Assembly (NCBI GenBank): GCA_964016885.1
Contig: OZ024747.1
Span: forward strand, 20,646,001 to 20,710,000
Origin: Eledone cirrhosa
Taxonomy: Eukaryota
Direction of reading: 5' to 3'
Length of the DNA: 64,000 nt
Positions 9,341 to 20,700 of this stretch are shown in pieces. The notes below the pieces were generated by a model. That model did no database searches, had not been told where the DNA came from, and saw only the letters and a program-made list of their open reading frames with translations. A program made the translations under genes and the position numbers. How positions within the stretch are numbered: position 1 is the stretch's first letter; every line of letters begins with the position of its first letter.

Positions 9341-9387
<47 letters not shown>

Positions 9388-9600
9388 GAATGCCATGGTT
9401 GACGGAGGCTCGGCTCTGTAAGGTATAGTAATTTTTAACCGTTAAAACAATTGTAAATTGTTTAAAACTTGAACCAAATTGTTGATAAAGACACCCTCCT
9501 CCTCGTGAGAGGGGTCTTTCTGTCCGTTATTTGGCCCTTCGGGGTTAAATAGCCAGTTATTGGGGTTTTGTACCCAAAATTTCATTTTAAACAAAAAAAC

Positions 9601-11700
9601 ATGGCTACCAAAAAAAAAAAATTTCATACGTCACTCCCACTCATTCCGTCTTCTTCTTCCTCAATCATCACTACAGGAGAGAGAAGATTGTCTCTCTCCC
9701 TCCCTTCTTTAAATGTGTCTCTCTCCCTACCTTCTCTTTCGCAAGCGACGAAAGAAAAGAAAAGTCTCGTGCAAAGCGTGCAAGGTTTCTCCACGACGAC
9801 GACGACAGCGACGAAACAGGTGTGCGGGAAATACGAAAACCCAGTTCATTCGTCTGACGTCAGGAATAATAGCAGTAGCAGCCGTAATAACAACAGCAAC
9901 AGTGACAATGAAAACAACAGTAGCAGCCGCAACAGCATCACCAGCAGCATAAACAACAACACCATTAGCAGCAGCAACACCAACAACAACCACAGCAACA
10001 GCGGCGGAGGCAGTAGTCGTAGTACCTGCAGCAACAACAAAAGTACCAGCAGCTCTGACGACAACAACAACAGCAGAGAAAAACCAATCTCATTTGCAGG
10101 TATTGCGAAAAACCTGGAAACAATCCTCATAACAAATGAGGAATTAGAGGAAGCGAAGAAGATGGTGACAAAGAACGGACACCGAGCAATCTGCAAGGCA
10201 GCGAAAAATTTTTTCGAAACCCAAGAGCACTGTACGGTCACGTACCGTACAGTAAGTACAAAATCCCGTAGGGTGGAAAGAGCCACAGAGGCCCAAATAC
10301 AAAAAGCCTTGGGGTCTGTGTGGCAGAGGAAAACGCACATCACCCGAGGCAAAAAATACGCCACCGTAGACGTACTTTTTGCCACACCCCAGGAGGCAAA
10401 GGCCCAATCAGTAGTGACCCTAAGGAGCGAGGAAATGGTGTTGGTGCCCTCCTACTGCGGGCAAAAAATTGTGAGGGTCAAACTGACCCACGTCCCCCCC
10501 GGAATGACCCCTTCTTGGCTGGCCGCGTCTGTCCTCGTCGGAATCGAGGACAAAACAACTGTACTGCAAGTACAGAAAAAAGTAAGAGAAGATTGGGTCG
10601 GCTCCTCCATTGAGATGCTAATCCAAACCAACCAGGAGTGCATCGAAGCTATCCCGGATGTGATAGACTTCGATAACGGCACTCAACTGCCCATAAGTGT
10701 TGAGGGCAAACGCCCGAAATGCTTTCGCTGTGGATCGAAGACTCACCTCAGGGCCTTCTGCAACGAGAAGACCCTGAGAAAGGAGAAAACCCCCCTCCTC
10801 CCGAATCCGGTTCCACGGCTACCAGCAACAGGACAAGCGGCAACCAGGAACGATAGGTCCGTGGCACCCATACCCACTCCACGGAAATCAAAGACAGCAG
10901 CAGCAGTGGAAATATTAACAACAACAACAGCAATACCAAATGCAGCTGCAACAGAGACTCCAGTGCAAACATCACCAACAACAACAAGTGAAAGAGTGGA
11001 GCTGGTACCCCTCCCCGACCTTACAGAATCAGACATGGAGTGTGAGGTGGGAGAGGGATGGCAAAAGGTCTCAAGAAGGCACAAACGCAGAAGCAGCGCA
11101 TCGTCGCCTTTGAAAAGGGAGGAAAGAAATGAGAAAAGGGTAAAGTCTACTGCAAAGAGACCCACAGCAGCAACACCACCAACACCATCACCACCCACAC
11201 CAGCACCACCATCACCACCGGCGACAACCCCACCGCCAACAACACCTTCAACACCACCACCACAAGCACCAACATCGCAAACACAACAACAAAACACACA
11301 CACCCAGCAACAACGACAAGAAAATAGCAGAACCACACCCCACCCCCAGAAAAACAAATGCACGGCAATAAACACACACAACAAGAAACTAATGACTTAC
11401 ATAATTGAACACACAGACATTTCACAACAGGACTACATAATACCAGCACCAATCAAAACGCCAACTAACATAAGACTGCTAAAAATAGCACAGAAACAAT
11501 ACACAAACATTAAAACGAAATTCCCCAACGCAGTTGGTGATTTCAGGGACCTAGGAGGAACCATTAATCGAAGAGTATATTCAGACATTCTCTTAGAAGA
11601 GCCGACGACCAGCCGAAGGGACGATTCAACGGTCCCTTCACCAGACGATCAAGTGAAAAGGGATGTAAAAACCATCCCTCCTCTACCAAAAATACGGTAA
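9601..11700 (+). CDS. LINE ORF1, copy 2 (699 aa)
   Basis: As copy 1, with one extra Lys and 11 amino-acid differences. Confidence 0.9.
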   Translation: MATKKKKFHTSLPLIPSSSSSIITTGERRLSLSLPSLNVSLSLPSLSQATKEKKSLVQSVQGFSTTTTTATKQVCGKYENPVHSSDVRNNSSSSRNNNSNSDNENNSSSRNSITSSINNNTISSSNTNNNHSNSGGGSSRSTCSNNKSTSSSDDNNNSREKPISFAGIAKNLETILITNEELEEAKKMVTKNGHRAICKAAKNFFETQEHCTVTYRTVSTKSRRVERATEAQIQKALGSVWQRKTHITRGKKYATVDVLFATPQEAKAQSVVTLRSEEMVLVPSYCGQKIVRVKLTHVPPGMTPSWLAASVLVGIEDKTTVLQVQKKVREDWVGSSIEMLIQTNQECIEAIPDVIDFDNGTQLPISVEGKRPKCFRCGSKTHLRAFCNEKTLRKEKTPLLPNPVPRLPATGQAATRNDRSVAPIPTPRKSKTAAAVEILTTTTAIPNAAATETPVQTSPTTTSERVELVPLPDLTESDMECEVGEGWQKVSRRHKRRSSASSPLKREERNEKRVKSTAKRPTAATPPTPSPPTPAPPSPPATTPPPTTPSTPPPQAPTSQTQQQNTHTQQQRQENSRTTPHPQKNKCTAINTHNKKLMTYIIEHTDISQQDYIIPAPIKTPTNIRLLKIAQKQYTNIKTKFPNAVGDFRDLGGTINRRVYSDILLEEPTTSRRDDSTVPSPDDQVKRDVKTIPPLPKIR

Positions 11701-11735
11701 GTGGTCTTTCCCATCTTTTCCACTCTATTTTAAAC

Positions 11736-14700
11736 ATGACCTCACTCAGAATAGGCAGCATAAATGCGCGTGGCTTGGGGTCGTCATGGAAGCAGGGTCA
11801 CCTGCTCAACGACCTCAGGTCACTAAACATAGATGTAGTGGCCATCAGCGAGACCAGAATCTCCGAAGCACGGGCCTTCGCACCGATCTTCGGCGGCTAC
11901 GATGTGTACGCATCTCCCAGCCGTCCTGGATCGGGTGGAGGAGTTGCTGTGCTTTTTCGGAGAGGTTTGGATCTCGCCATACGGGCCATCTTCCTGGACC
12001 CAGAGGGTAAGCTGGTGGTGCTGGACGTGACCAGCGGAGACGGGCAAGCTTTCAGGCTAGTGGCCGTCTATGCCCCGACAGGAGCAGGGCGGCCTGATTT
12101 CTTCCGGCGTCTGGAGACCTTTCTTGGAACGTCGCGCTCTTTAGTGTTAGTGGGCGACTGGAACGGGATCTTAGATGCACGCTGGGACTGTGTGGGATTA
12201 GCGGATAGGGGTGGAGGGTGCAAGAGCCTCACCAACCTGCTCAGGCGTTTTGAACTGTCTGACAGGTACCGATTGGATTTCCCGAATGTGCCAATGTGGA
12301 CTTGGACAAACCGCATAGGGTCATCCAGATCATATCTAGATAGAGTATTTTGTAGGGAAATAGATAGGTCTAGCATAGGCTGTCCACAATTCAAGATAGT
12401 CAGCTACACGGACCACAAATTCGTGATCTGTGTGCTTGACTTAGATAGGCTTCATAGACGAGGACCCGGCTACTGGAAGCTAAACGCGTCCTTACCAGCG
12501 CGCAAGGCCTACAGAGACCGGATTAGCGAACTAGTTAAGCGGGCGTTGACGGGGGCCATCGTCAACAACAAGTGGTGGTTTGCTCTGAAAAGAGCGATTA
12601 GAATAGAATCGATTAGGTTTAGTAAGGCTTTAGCAATAGAGAAAAATAGAGCAGAGGGAGAACTAGTTAGAAAATTAGACGAGGCGCTTAGCAAAGGCAT
12701 TGCGACCGACGTGCTTGCGGCGAAATTGGCCCTTGACCAATTCTTCAATGCAAAGCACGAAGGCTGCGTTGTCAGAGCTAGGGTGCGTGCTCTCAGACAC
12801 GAGGGGACGAAAGCCGTTCAATGGGCCCGAGTGGCGGAGGCGCGTCGTGGCAACAAAGCCACGATCCGGTCTTTGGTGGACCACGACGGGCGCATGCTAC
12901 TCGATCCCGGGCAAATGTGTGAAGCTTTTCAGCGACACTTCGCTCAGCTGTTCGGGGGCAGCGGGGGGCCGGGTAGAGGGATGGACTTTAGTGTCTACCT
13001 CGACGGACTGCCGCGGCTCTCGGCCACTGAGGCGAAGTGTTGCGAAAAGCCGATAACAGCCGCTGAAGTAAGGGAGGCAATGACTGGCTGCACAAGGGGT
13101 AAATCGCCTGGTTTGGATGGTCTGCCCTATGAACTTTACGTACAGATGCCAGACTTGTTCGGAGGCCTCTTGGCGGACGTCTACTGCAACTGGCAACAGA
13201 ACGGGAGAATTCCCAGTTCTGTGAGCCGAGGAGCGGTGGCACTGCTGAGAAAGGATCCGAACAAGGGGGATAACATAGACAATTTCCGGCCCATAACTCT
13301 GCTAAACACAGAGTTTAAGATTTTGGCCAAGGTGCTAGCAAAGAGGTTGGCGCTTGTCGTTGGTGGTCTGGTGGGAGAGGCGCAGACATGCGCCATTCCC
13401 GACAGATCCATCCACGACAACCTCCACCTCATGCGATACATCGTAGAGAGGGTAGCTAGGGAACCTGGCACGGGTGGGTCCTTGATCAATTTAGATCAGT
13501 CGAAAGCTTTCGATAGGGTCGACCATCGTTACCTAGCGGCAGTCCTGAGGGCGGCTGGCTTTGGGCCCGTCTTCAGAGGCTGGATCGCTGCCATGCACAG
13601 CGACATCTGCTCTGTGGTGAGAGTGAACGGTCACCTGTCGGAACCGTTCAACATCATGCGCTCGGTCCGCCAAGGATGTCCCCTCTCGTCCCTCTTGTAC
13701 GTATTGACTCTCGAGCCATTACTGCACAAACTGGAGACGTTGAGGGGAGTCCCGCGCGAACTAGGATGCGGAAGATCCGTGTCAGCATATGCGGACGATG
13801 TCACCGTAGTGGTGTCGAACGCCAAACACATCGAGGCGATCGGCACTACACTAAGAGAATACGAAGCGGTGACAGGAGCAATGATCAACCAGGAAAAGTC
13901 AGTGGGCCTGCAGCTCGGCACCTGGAGAGGCAGGTCCATGCCGTCCAACAGCGTCGTCGGGCGCTGGACGGACGGACCGGTTAAATTGCTAGGGGTCTGG
14001 TTCGGTCCGGACCTCCAGACGGACAAAAACTGGGACGAGGTGACGAGCAGGGTGGCTTCTCTCACCCAGAAATGGGCGGAGAGGAAGCTATCCCTGAAAG
14101 GTCGAGCGGAGGTGGCTAACGCGTACATCGCGTCTGTCATCTGCTACCGCCTAACCGTCGTACCTTGTCCTAAGCCTCGCCTGACTGCGCTGGAGCGTTT
14201 GCTCTTTCGCTTTTTGTGGAAGGGACGTGCTCCGATGGTCAGGCGGTCCATCTGTTGTCAACACCCGCTACGTGGAGGGCTGGGCATGCCGTGGCTGATG
14301 ATGCGCAGGCACGCGCTCAGGCTACGACATCTCCACCTCTTCCTCGACGGTGATCAGGTGTGGTCGCCGTTTGCTAGACGCGTTTTTCCCCAGCTCGTTT
14401 CCTTGACGGAGCTGCAGTCCTGGGTCAAGCGAAGACCGAGAGGGAGCGCCTGGAGACTGGAATGTCTTCAGGCGCTCACAGCCCTCGACCAATCGGGCAA
14501 TGTGATCGGTGGAAACTCCACCTCGGCGTTCTATAGAGGATTAGTGGAGGGGAAGAGCGACGACGTACTTGGGGAAACTCTAGGCGTCGACGAAAATCAA
14601 CTAGCCAATCTCTTCGGAAGAACCTTCGGGCCAGGGCCTATGGACAACTTCCAGAAATCTCTGGCCTGGCAGTGCTACCGAGGAGCCTTGCCAGTTCGGG

Positions 14701-15155
14701 ATAAACTCTACAGGCATGGAGGTGCCGTCAGCCGGGCATGTCCGAGATGCGCGCAGGGCGACGAAACCGTCCTGCACGCACTCGTCCAGTGTCCGAAAAT
14801 TGCTGACTTGTGGGTTTATGTCGAACACCTGCTGTCGCGTTTAGGACGGATCCAGCTATCATCTGAGTCTATCGTGAGGATTGCCCCGCCCTCCTCCTTT
14901 AGCCGGGAAGGGCAGGCAGTTTTTATCTGTCTGGTGGCCATGGCGAAAGAGATAGTATGGTGGACACGTTTGAAAGGGCTGAAGACGAGCACTTACCTCT
15001 TCGGTGATGCTCTGATTGACTTTTTCAAATTTCATTTGAAAAGGAAAATCAGAGTAGAGAAGGAAGTGCTCTCTTCCCAGCATTTTGTTGAAAGATGGGT
15101 GAGAGAAGCAAGAATGGCCCGAGTGAATGGGCCGACTCTGAGTATATATCTGTAA
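11736..15155 (+). CDS. LINE ORF2 (APE-RT-zinc finger), copy 2
   Basis: 1139 aa, intact; 3 amino-acid differences from copy 1. Confidence 0.97.
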   Translation: MTSLRIGSINARGLGSSWKQGHLLNDLRSLNIDVVAISETRISEARAFAPIFGGYDVYASPSRPGSGGGVAVLFRRGLDLAIRAIFLDPEGKLVVLDVTSGDGQAFRLVAVYAPTGAGRPDFFRRLETFLGTSRSLVLVGDWNGILDARWDCVGLADRGGGCKSLTNLLRRFELSDRYRLDFPNVPMWTWTNRIGSSRSYLDRVFCREIDRSSIGCPQFKIVSYTDHKFVICVLDLDRLHRRGPGYWKLNASLPARKAYRDRISELVKRALTGAIVNNKWWFALKRAIRIESIRFSKALAIEKNRAEGELVRKLDEALSKGIATDVLAAKLALDQFFNAKHEGCVVRARVRALRHEGTKAVQWARVAEARRGNKATIRSLVDHDGRMLLDPGQMCEAFQRHFAQLFGGSGGPGRGMDFSVYLDGLPRLSATEAKCCEKPITAAEVREAMTGCTRGKSPGLDGLPYELYVQMPDLFGGLLADVYCNWQQNGRIPSSVSRGAVALLRKDPNKGDNIDNFRPITLLNTEFKILAKVLAKRLALVVGGLVGEAQTCAIPDRSIHDNLHLMRYIVERVAREPGTGGSLINLDQSKAFDRVDHRYLAAVLRAAGFGPVFRGWIAAMHSDICSVVRVNGHLSEPFNIMRSVRQGCPLSSLLYVLTLEPLLHKLETLRGVPRELGCGRSVSAYADDVTVVVSNAKHIEAIGTTLREYEAVTGAMINQEKSVGLQLGTWRGRSMPSNSVVGRWTDGPVKLLGVWFGPDLQTDKNWDEVTSRVASLTQKWAERKLSLKGRAEVANAYIASVICYRLTVVPCPKPRLTALERLLFRFLWKGRAPMVRRSICCQHPLRGGLGMPWLMMRRHALRLRHLHLFLDGDQVWSPFARRVFPQLVSLTELQSWVKRRPRGSAWRLECLQALTALDQSGNVIGGNSTSAFYRGLVEGKSDDVLGETLGVDENQLANLFGRTFGPGPMDNFQKSLAWQCYRGALPVRDKLYRHGGAVSRACPRCAQGDETVLHALVQCPKIADLWVYVEHLLSRLGRIQLSSESIVRIAPPSSFSREGQAVFICLVAMAKEIVWWTRLKGLKTSTYLFGDALIDFFKFHLKRKIRVEKEVLSSQHFVERWVREARMARVNGPTLSIYL

Positions 15156-15657
15156 ACTAAAGGTGGAAAACTGGGAGAGGGCACTTGCCTTGGTGGTCAG
15201 GGTCATTGTGGCTTTTTACTGGGCTTTCTCCACAAATGTCCCTCCGAAGTCTCCCCCCTATTGGGGAATTTTTCATTGTTATTTTCATTGTTATTTTTGT
15301 TACATCCTCTATTTTTGTTTTTTTACACGCAGAAATGCCCATTTGTACCGTCCTGCATTGTCCTGCACTGTCCTTAATGTCTACTTTATGTAAACCCTTG
15401 TGGTTAATAAAGAAATCATTATTATTATTATTATTATTATTATTGAATGCCATGGTTGACGGAGGCTCGGCTCTGTAAGGTATAGTAATTTTTAACCGTT
15501 AAAACAATTGTAAATTGTTTAAAACTTGAACCAAATTGTTGATAAAGACACCCTCCTCCTCGTGAGAGGGGTCTTTCTGTCCGTTATTTGGCCCTTCGGG
15601 GTTAAATAGCCAGTTATTGGGGTTTTGTACCCAAAATTTCATTTTAAACAAAAAAAC

Positions 15658-17757
15658 ATGGCTACCAAAAAAAAAAAATTTCATACGTCACTCCCACTCA
15701 TTCCGTCTTCTTCTTCCTCAATCATCACTACAGGAGAGAGAAGATTGTCTCTCTCCCTCCCTTCTTTAAATGTGTCTCTCTCCCTACCTTCTCTTTCGCA
15801 AGCGACGAAAGAAAAGAAAAGTCTCGTGCAAAGCGTGCAAGGTTTCTCCACGACGACGACGACAGCGACGAAACAGGTGTGCGGGAAATACGAAAACCCA
15901 GTTCATTCGTCTGACGTCAGGAATAATAGCAGTAGCAGCCGTAATAACAACAGCAACAGTGACAATGAAAACAACAGTAGCAGCCGCAACAGCATCACCA
16001 GCAGCATAAACAACAACACCATTAGCAGCAGCAACACCAACAACAACCACAGCAACAGCGGCGGAGGCAGTAGTCGTAGTACCTGCAGCAACAACAAAAG
16101 TACCAGCAGCTCTGACGACAACAACAACAGCAGAGAAAAACCAATCTCATTTGCAGGTATTGCGAAAAACCTGGAAACAATCCTCATAACAAATGAGGAA
16201 TTAGAGGAAGCGAAGAAGATGGTGACAAAGAACGGACACCGAGCAATCTGCAAGGCAGCGAAAAATTTTTTCGAAACCCAAGAGCACTGTACGGTCACGT
16301 ACCGTACAGTAAGTACAAAATCCCGTAGGGTGGAAAGAGCCACAGAGGCCCAAATACAAAAAGCCTTGGGGTCTGTGTGGCAGAGGAAAACGCACATCAC
16401 CCGAGGCAAAAAATACGCCACCGTAGACGTACTTTTTGCCACACCCCAGGAGGCAAAAGCCCAATCAGTAGTGACCCTAAGGAGCGAGGAAATGGTGTTG
16501 GTGCCCTCCTACTGCGGGCAAAAAATTGTGAGGGTCAAACTGACCCACGTCCCCCCCGGAATGACCCCTTCTTGGCTGGCCGCGTCTGTCCTCGTCGGAA
16601 TCGAGGACAAAACAACTGTACTGCAAGTACAGAAAAAAGTAAGAGAAGATTGGGTCGGCTCCTCCATTGAGATGCTAATACAAACCAACCAGGAGTGCAT
16701 CGAAGCTATCCCGGATGTGATAGACTTCGATAACGGCACTCAACTGCCCATAAGTGTTGAGGGCAAACGCCCGAAATGCTTTCGCTGTGGATCGAAGACT
16801 CACCTCAGGGCCTTCTGCAACGAGAAGACCCTGAGAAAGGAGAAAACCCCCCTCCTCCCGAATCCGGTTCCACGGCTACCAGCAACAGGACAAGCGGCAA
16901 CCAGGAACGATAGGTCCGTGGCACCCATACCCACTCCACGGAAATCAAAGACAGCAGCAGCAGTGGAAATATTAACAACAACAACAGCAATACCAAATGC
17001 AGCTGCAACAGAGACTCCAGTGCAAACATCACCAACAACAACAAGTGAAAGAGTGGAGCTGGTACCCCTCCCCGACCTTACAGAATCAGACATGGAGTGT
17101 GAGGTGGGAGAGGGATGGCAAAAGGTCTCAAGAAGGCACAAACGCAGAAGCAGCGCATCGTCGCCTTTGAAAAGGGAGGAAAGAAATGAGAAAAGGGTAA
17201 AGTCTACTGCAAAGAGACCCACAGCAGCAACACCACCAACACCATCACCACCCACACCAGCACCACCATCACCACCGGCGACAACCCCACCGCCAACAAC
17301 ACCTTCAACACCACCACCACAAGCACCAACATCGCAAACACAACAACAAAACACACACACCCAGCAACAACGACAAGAAAATAGCAGAACCACACCCCAC
17401 CCCCAGAAAAACAAATGCACGGCAATAAACACACACAACAAGAAACTAATGACTTACATAATTGAACACACAGACATTTCACAACAGGACTACATAATAC
17501 CAGCACCAATCAAAACGCCAACTAACATAAGACTGCTAAAAATAGCACAGAAACAATACACAAACATTAAAACGAAATTCCCCAACGCAGTTGGTGATTT
17601 CAGGGACCTAGGAGGAACCATTAATCGAAGAGTATATTCAGACATTCTCTTAGAAGAGCCGACGACCAGCCGAAGGGACGATTCAACGGTCCCTTCACCA
17701 GACGATCAAGTGAAAAGGGATGTAAAAACCATCCCTCCTCTACCAAAAATACGGTAA
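15658..17757 (+). CDS. LINE ORF1, copy 3
   Basis: Protein appears identical to copy 2. Confidence 0.9.
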   Translation: MATKKKKFHTSLPLIPSSSSSIITTGERRLSLSLPSLNVSLSLPSLSQATKEKKSLVQSVQGFSTTTTTATKQVCGKYENPVHSSDVRNNSSSSRNNNSNSDNENNSSSRNSITSSINNNTISSSNTNNNHSNSGGGSSRSTCSNNKSTSSSDDNNNSREKPISFAGIAKNLETILITNEELEEAKKMVTKNGHRAICKAAKNFFETQEHCTVTYRTVSTKSRRVERATEAQIQKALGSVWQRKTHITRGKKYATVDVLFATPQEAKAQSVVTLRSEEMVLVPSYCGQKIVRVKLTHVPPGMTPSWLAASVLVGIEDKTTVLQVQKKVREDWVGSSIEMLIQTNQECIEAIPDVIDFDNGTQLPISVEGKRPKCFRCGSKTHLRAFCNEKTLRKEKTPLLPNPVPRLPATGQAATRNDRSVAPIPTPRKSKTAAAVEILTTTTAIPNAAATETPVQTSPTTTSERVELVPLPDLTESDMECEVGEGWQKVSRRHKRRSSASSPLKREERNEKRVKSTAKRPTAATPPTPSPPTPAPPSPPATTPPPTTPSTPPPQAPTSQTQQQNTHTQQQRQENSRTTPHPQKNKCTAINTHNKKLMTYIIEHTDISQQDYIIPAPIKTPTNIRLLKIAQKQYTNIKTKFPNAVGDFRDLGGTINRRVYSDILLEEPTTSRRDDSTVPSPDDQVKRDVKTIPPLPKIR

Positions 17758-17792
17758 GTGGTCTTTCCCATCTTTTCCACTCTATTTTAAAC

Positions 17793-20700
17793 ATGACCTC
17801 ACTCAGAATAGGCAGCATAAATGCGCGTGGCTTGGGGTCGTCATGGAAGCAGGGTCACCTGCTCAACGACCTCAGGTCACTAAACATAGATGTAGTGGCC
17901 ATCAGCGAGACCAGAATCTCCGAAGCACGGGCCTTCGCACCGATCTTCGGCGGCTACGATGTGTACGCATCTCCCAGCCGTCCTGGATCGGGTGGAGGAG
18001 TTGCTGTGCTTTTTCGGAGAGGTTTGGATCTCGCCATACGGGCCATCTTCCTGGACCCAGAGGGTAAGCTGGTGGTGCTGGACGTGACCAGCGGAGACGG
18101 GCAAGCTTTCAGGCTAGTGGCCGTCTATGCCCCGACAGGAGCAGGGCGGCCTGATTTCTTCCGGCGTCTGGAGACCTTTCTTGGAACGTCGCGCTCTTTA
18201 GTGTTAGTGGGCGACTGGAACGGGATCTTAGATGCACGCTGGGACTGTGTGGGATTAGCGGATAGGGGTGGAGGGTGCAAGAGCCTCACCAACCTGCTCA
18301 GGCGTTTTGAACTGTCTGACAGGTACCGATTGGATTTCCCGAATGTGCCAATGTGGACTTGGACAAACCGCATAGGGTCATCCAGATCATATCTAGATAG
18401 AGTATTTTGTAGGGAAATAGATAGGTCTAGCATAGGCTGTCCACAATTCAAGATAGTCAGCTACACGGACCACAAATTCGTGATCTGTGTGCTTGACTTA
18501 GATAGGCTTCATAGACGAGGACCCGGCTACTGGAAGCTAAACGCGTCCTTACCAGCGCGCAAGGCCTACAGAGACCGGATTAGCGAACTAGTTAAGCGGG
18601 CGTTGACGGGGGCCATCGTCAACAACAAGTGGTGGTTTGCTCTGAAAAGAGCGATTAGAATAGAATCGATTAGGTTTAGTAAGGCTTTAGCAATAGAGAA
18701 AAATAGAGCAGAGGGAGAACTAGTTAGAAAATTAGACGAGGCGCTTAGCAAAGGCATTGCGACCGACGTGCTTGCGGCGAAATTGGCCCTTGACCAATTC
18801 TTCAATGCAAAGCACGAAGGCTGCGTTGTCAGAGCTAGGGTGCGTGCTCTCAGACACGAGGGGACGAAAGCCGTTCAATGGGCCCGAGTGGCGGAGGCGC
18901 GTCGTGGCAACAAAGCCACGATCCGGTCTTTGGTGGACCACGACGGGCGCATGCTACTCGATCCCGGGCAAATGTGTGAAGCTTTTCAGCGACACTTCGC
19001 TCAGCTGTTCGGGGGCAGCGGGGGGCCGGGTAGAGGGATGGACTTTAGTGTCTACCTCGACGGACTGCCGCGGCTCTCGGCCACTGAGGCGAAGTGTTGC
19101 GAAAAGCCGATAACAGCCGCTGAAGTAAGGGAGGCAATGACTGGCTGCACAAGGGGTAAATCGCCTGGTTTGGATGGTCTGCCCTATGAACTTTACGTAC
19201 AGATGCCAGACTTGTTCGGAGGCCTCTTGGCGGACGTCTACTGCAACTGGCAACAGAACGGGAGAATTCCCAGTTCTGTGAGCCGAGGAGCGGTGGCACT
19301 GCTGAGAAAGGATCCGAACAAGGGGGATAACATAGACAATTTCCGGCCCATAACTCTGCTAAACACAGAGTTTAAGATTTTGGCCAAGGTGCTAGCAAAG
19401 AGGTTGGCGCTTGTCGTTGGTGGTCTGGTGGGAGAGGCGCAGACATGCGCCATTCCCGACAGATCCATCCACGACAACCTCCACCTCATGCGATACATCG
19501 TAGAGAGGGTAGCTAGGGAACCTGGCACGGGTGGGTCCTTGATCAATTTAGATCAGTCGAAAGCTTTCGATAGGGTCGACCATCGTTACCTAGCGGCAGT
19601 CCTGAGGGCGGCTGGCTTTGGGCCCGTCTTCAGAGGCTGGATCGCTGCCATGCACAGCGACATCTGCTCTGTGGTGAGAGTGAACGGTCACCTGTCGGAA
19701 CCGTTCAACATCATGCGCTCGGTCCGCCAAGGATGTCCCCTCTCGTCCCTCTTGTACGTATTGACTCTCGAGCCATTACTGCACAAACTGGAGACGTTGA
19801 GGGGAGTCCCGCGCGAACTAGGATGCGGAAGATCCGTGTCAGCATATGCGGACGATGTCACCGTAGTGGTGTCGAACGCCAAACACATCGAGGCGATCGG
19901 CACTACACTAAGAGAATACGAAGCGGTGACAGGAGCAATGATCAACCAGGAAAAGTCAGTGGGCCTGCAGCTCGGCACCTGGAGAGGCAGGTCCATGCCG
20001 TCCAACAGCGTCGTCGGGCGCTGGACGGACGGACCGGTTAAATTGCTAGGGGTCTGGTTCGGTCCGGACCTCCAGACGGACAAAAACTGGGACGAGGTGA
20101 CGAGCAGGGTGGCTTCTCTCACCCAGAAATGGGCGGAGAGGAAGCTATCCCTGAAAGGTCGAGCGGAGGTGGCTAACGCGTACATCGCGTCTGTCATCTG
20201 CTACCGCCTAACCGTCGTACCTTGTCCTAAGCCTCGCCTGACTGCGCTGGAGCGTTTGCTCTTTCGCTTTTTGTGGAAGGGACGTGCTCCGATGGTCAGG
20301 CGGTCCATCTGTTGTCAACACCCGCTACGTGGAGGGCTGGGCATGCCGTGGCTGATGATGCGCAGGCACGCGCTCAGGCTACGACATCTCCACCTCTTCC
20401 TCGACGGTGATCAGGTGTGGTCGCCGTTTGCTAGACGCGTTTTTCCCCAGCTCGTTTCCTTGACGGAGCTGCAGTCCTGGGTCAAGCGAAGACCGAGAGG
20501 GAGCGCCTGGAGACTGGAATGTCTTCAGGCGCTCACAGCCCTCGACCAATCGGGCAATGTGATCGGTGGAAACTCCACCTCGGCGTTCTATAGAGGATTA
20601 GTGGAGGGGAAGAGCGACGACGTACTTGGGGAAACTCTAGGCGTCGACGAAAATCAACTAGCCAATCTCTTCGGAAGAACCTTCGGGCCAGGGCCTATGG

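Larger units (their letters stand above)
3315..9387 (+). mobile_element. Full-length L1/Tx1-clade non-LTR retrotransposon, copy 1 (intact)
   Basis: 5' end gaatgccatggttg, 213-nt 5' UTR, ORF1, 35-nt spacer, ORF2, ~260-nt 3' UTR, AATAAA, (ATT)15. Confidence 0.96.
9388..15444 (+). mobile_element. Full-length Tx1-like LINE, copy 2 (intact)
   Basis: Identical 5' end directly after the tail of copy 1; 6057 bp; (ATT)9 tail. Confidence 0.96.
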
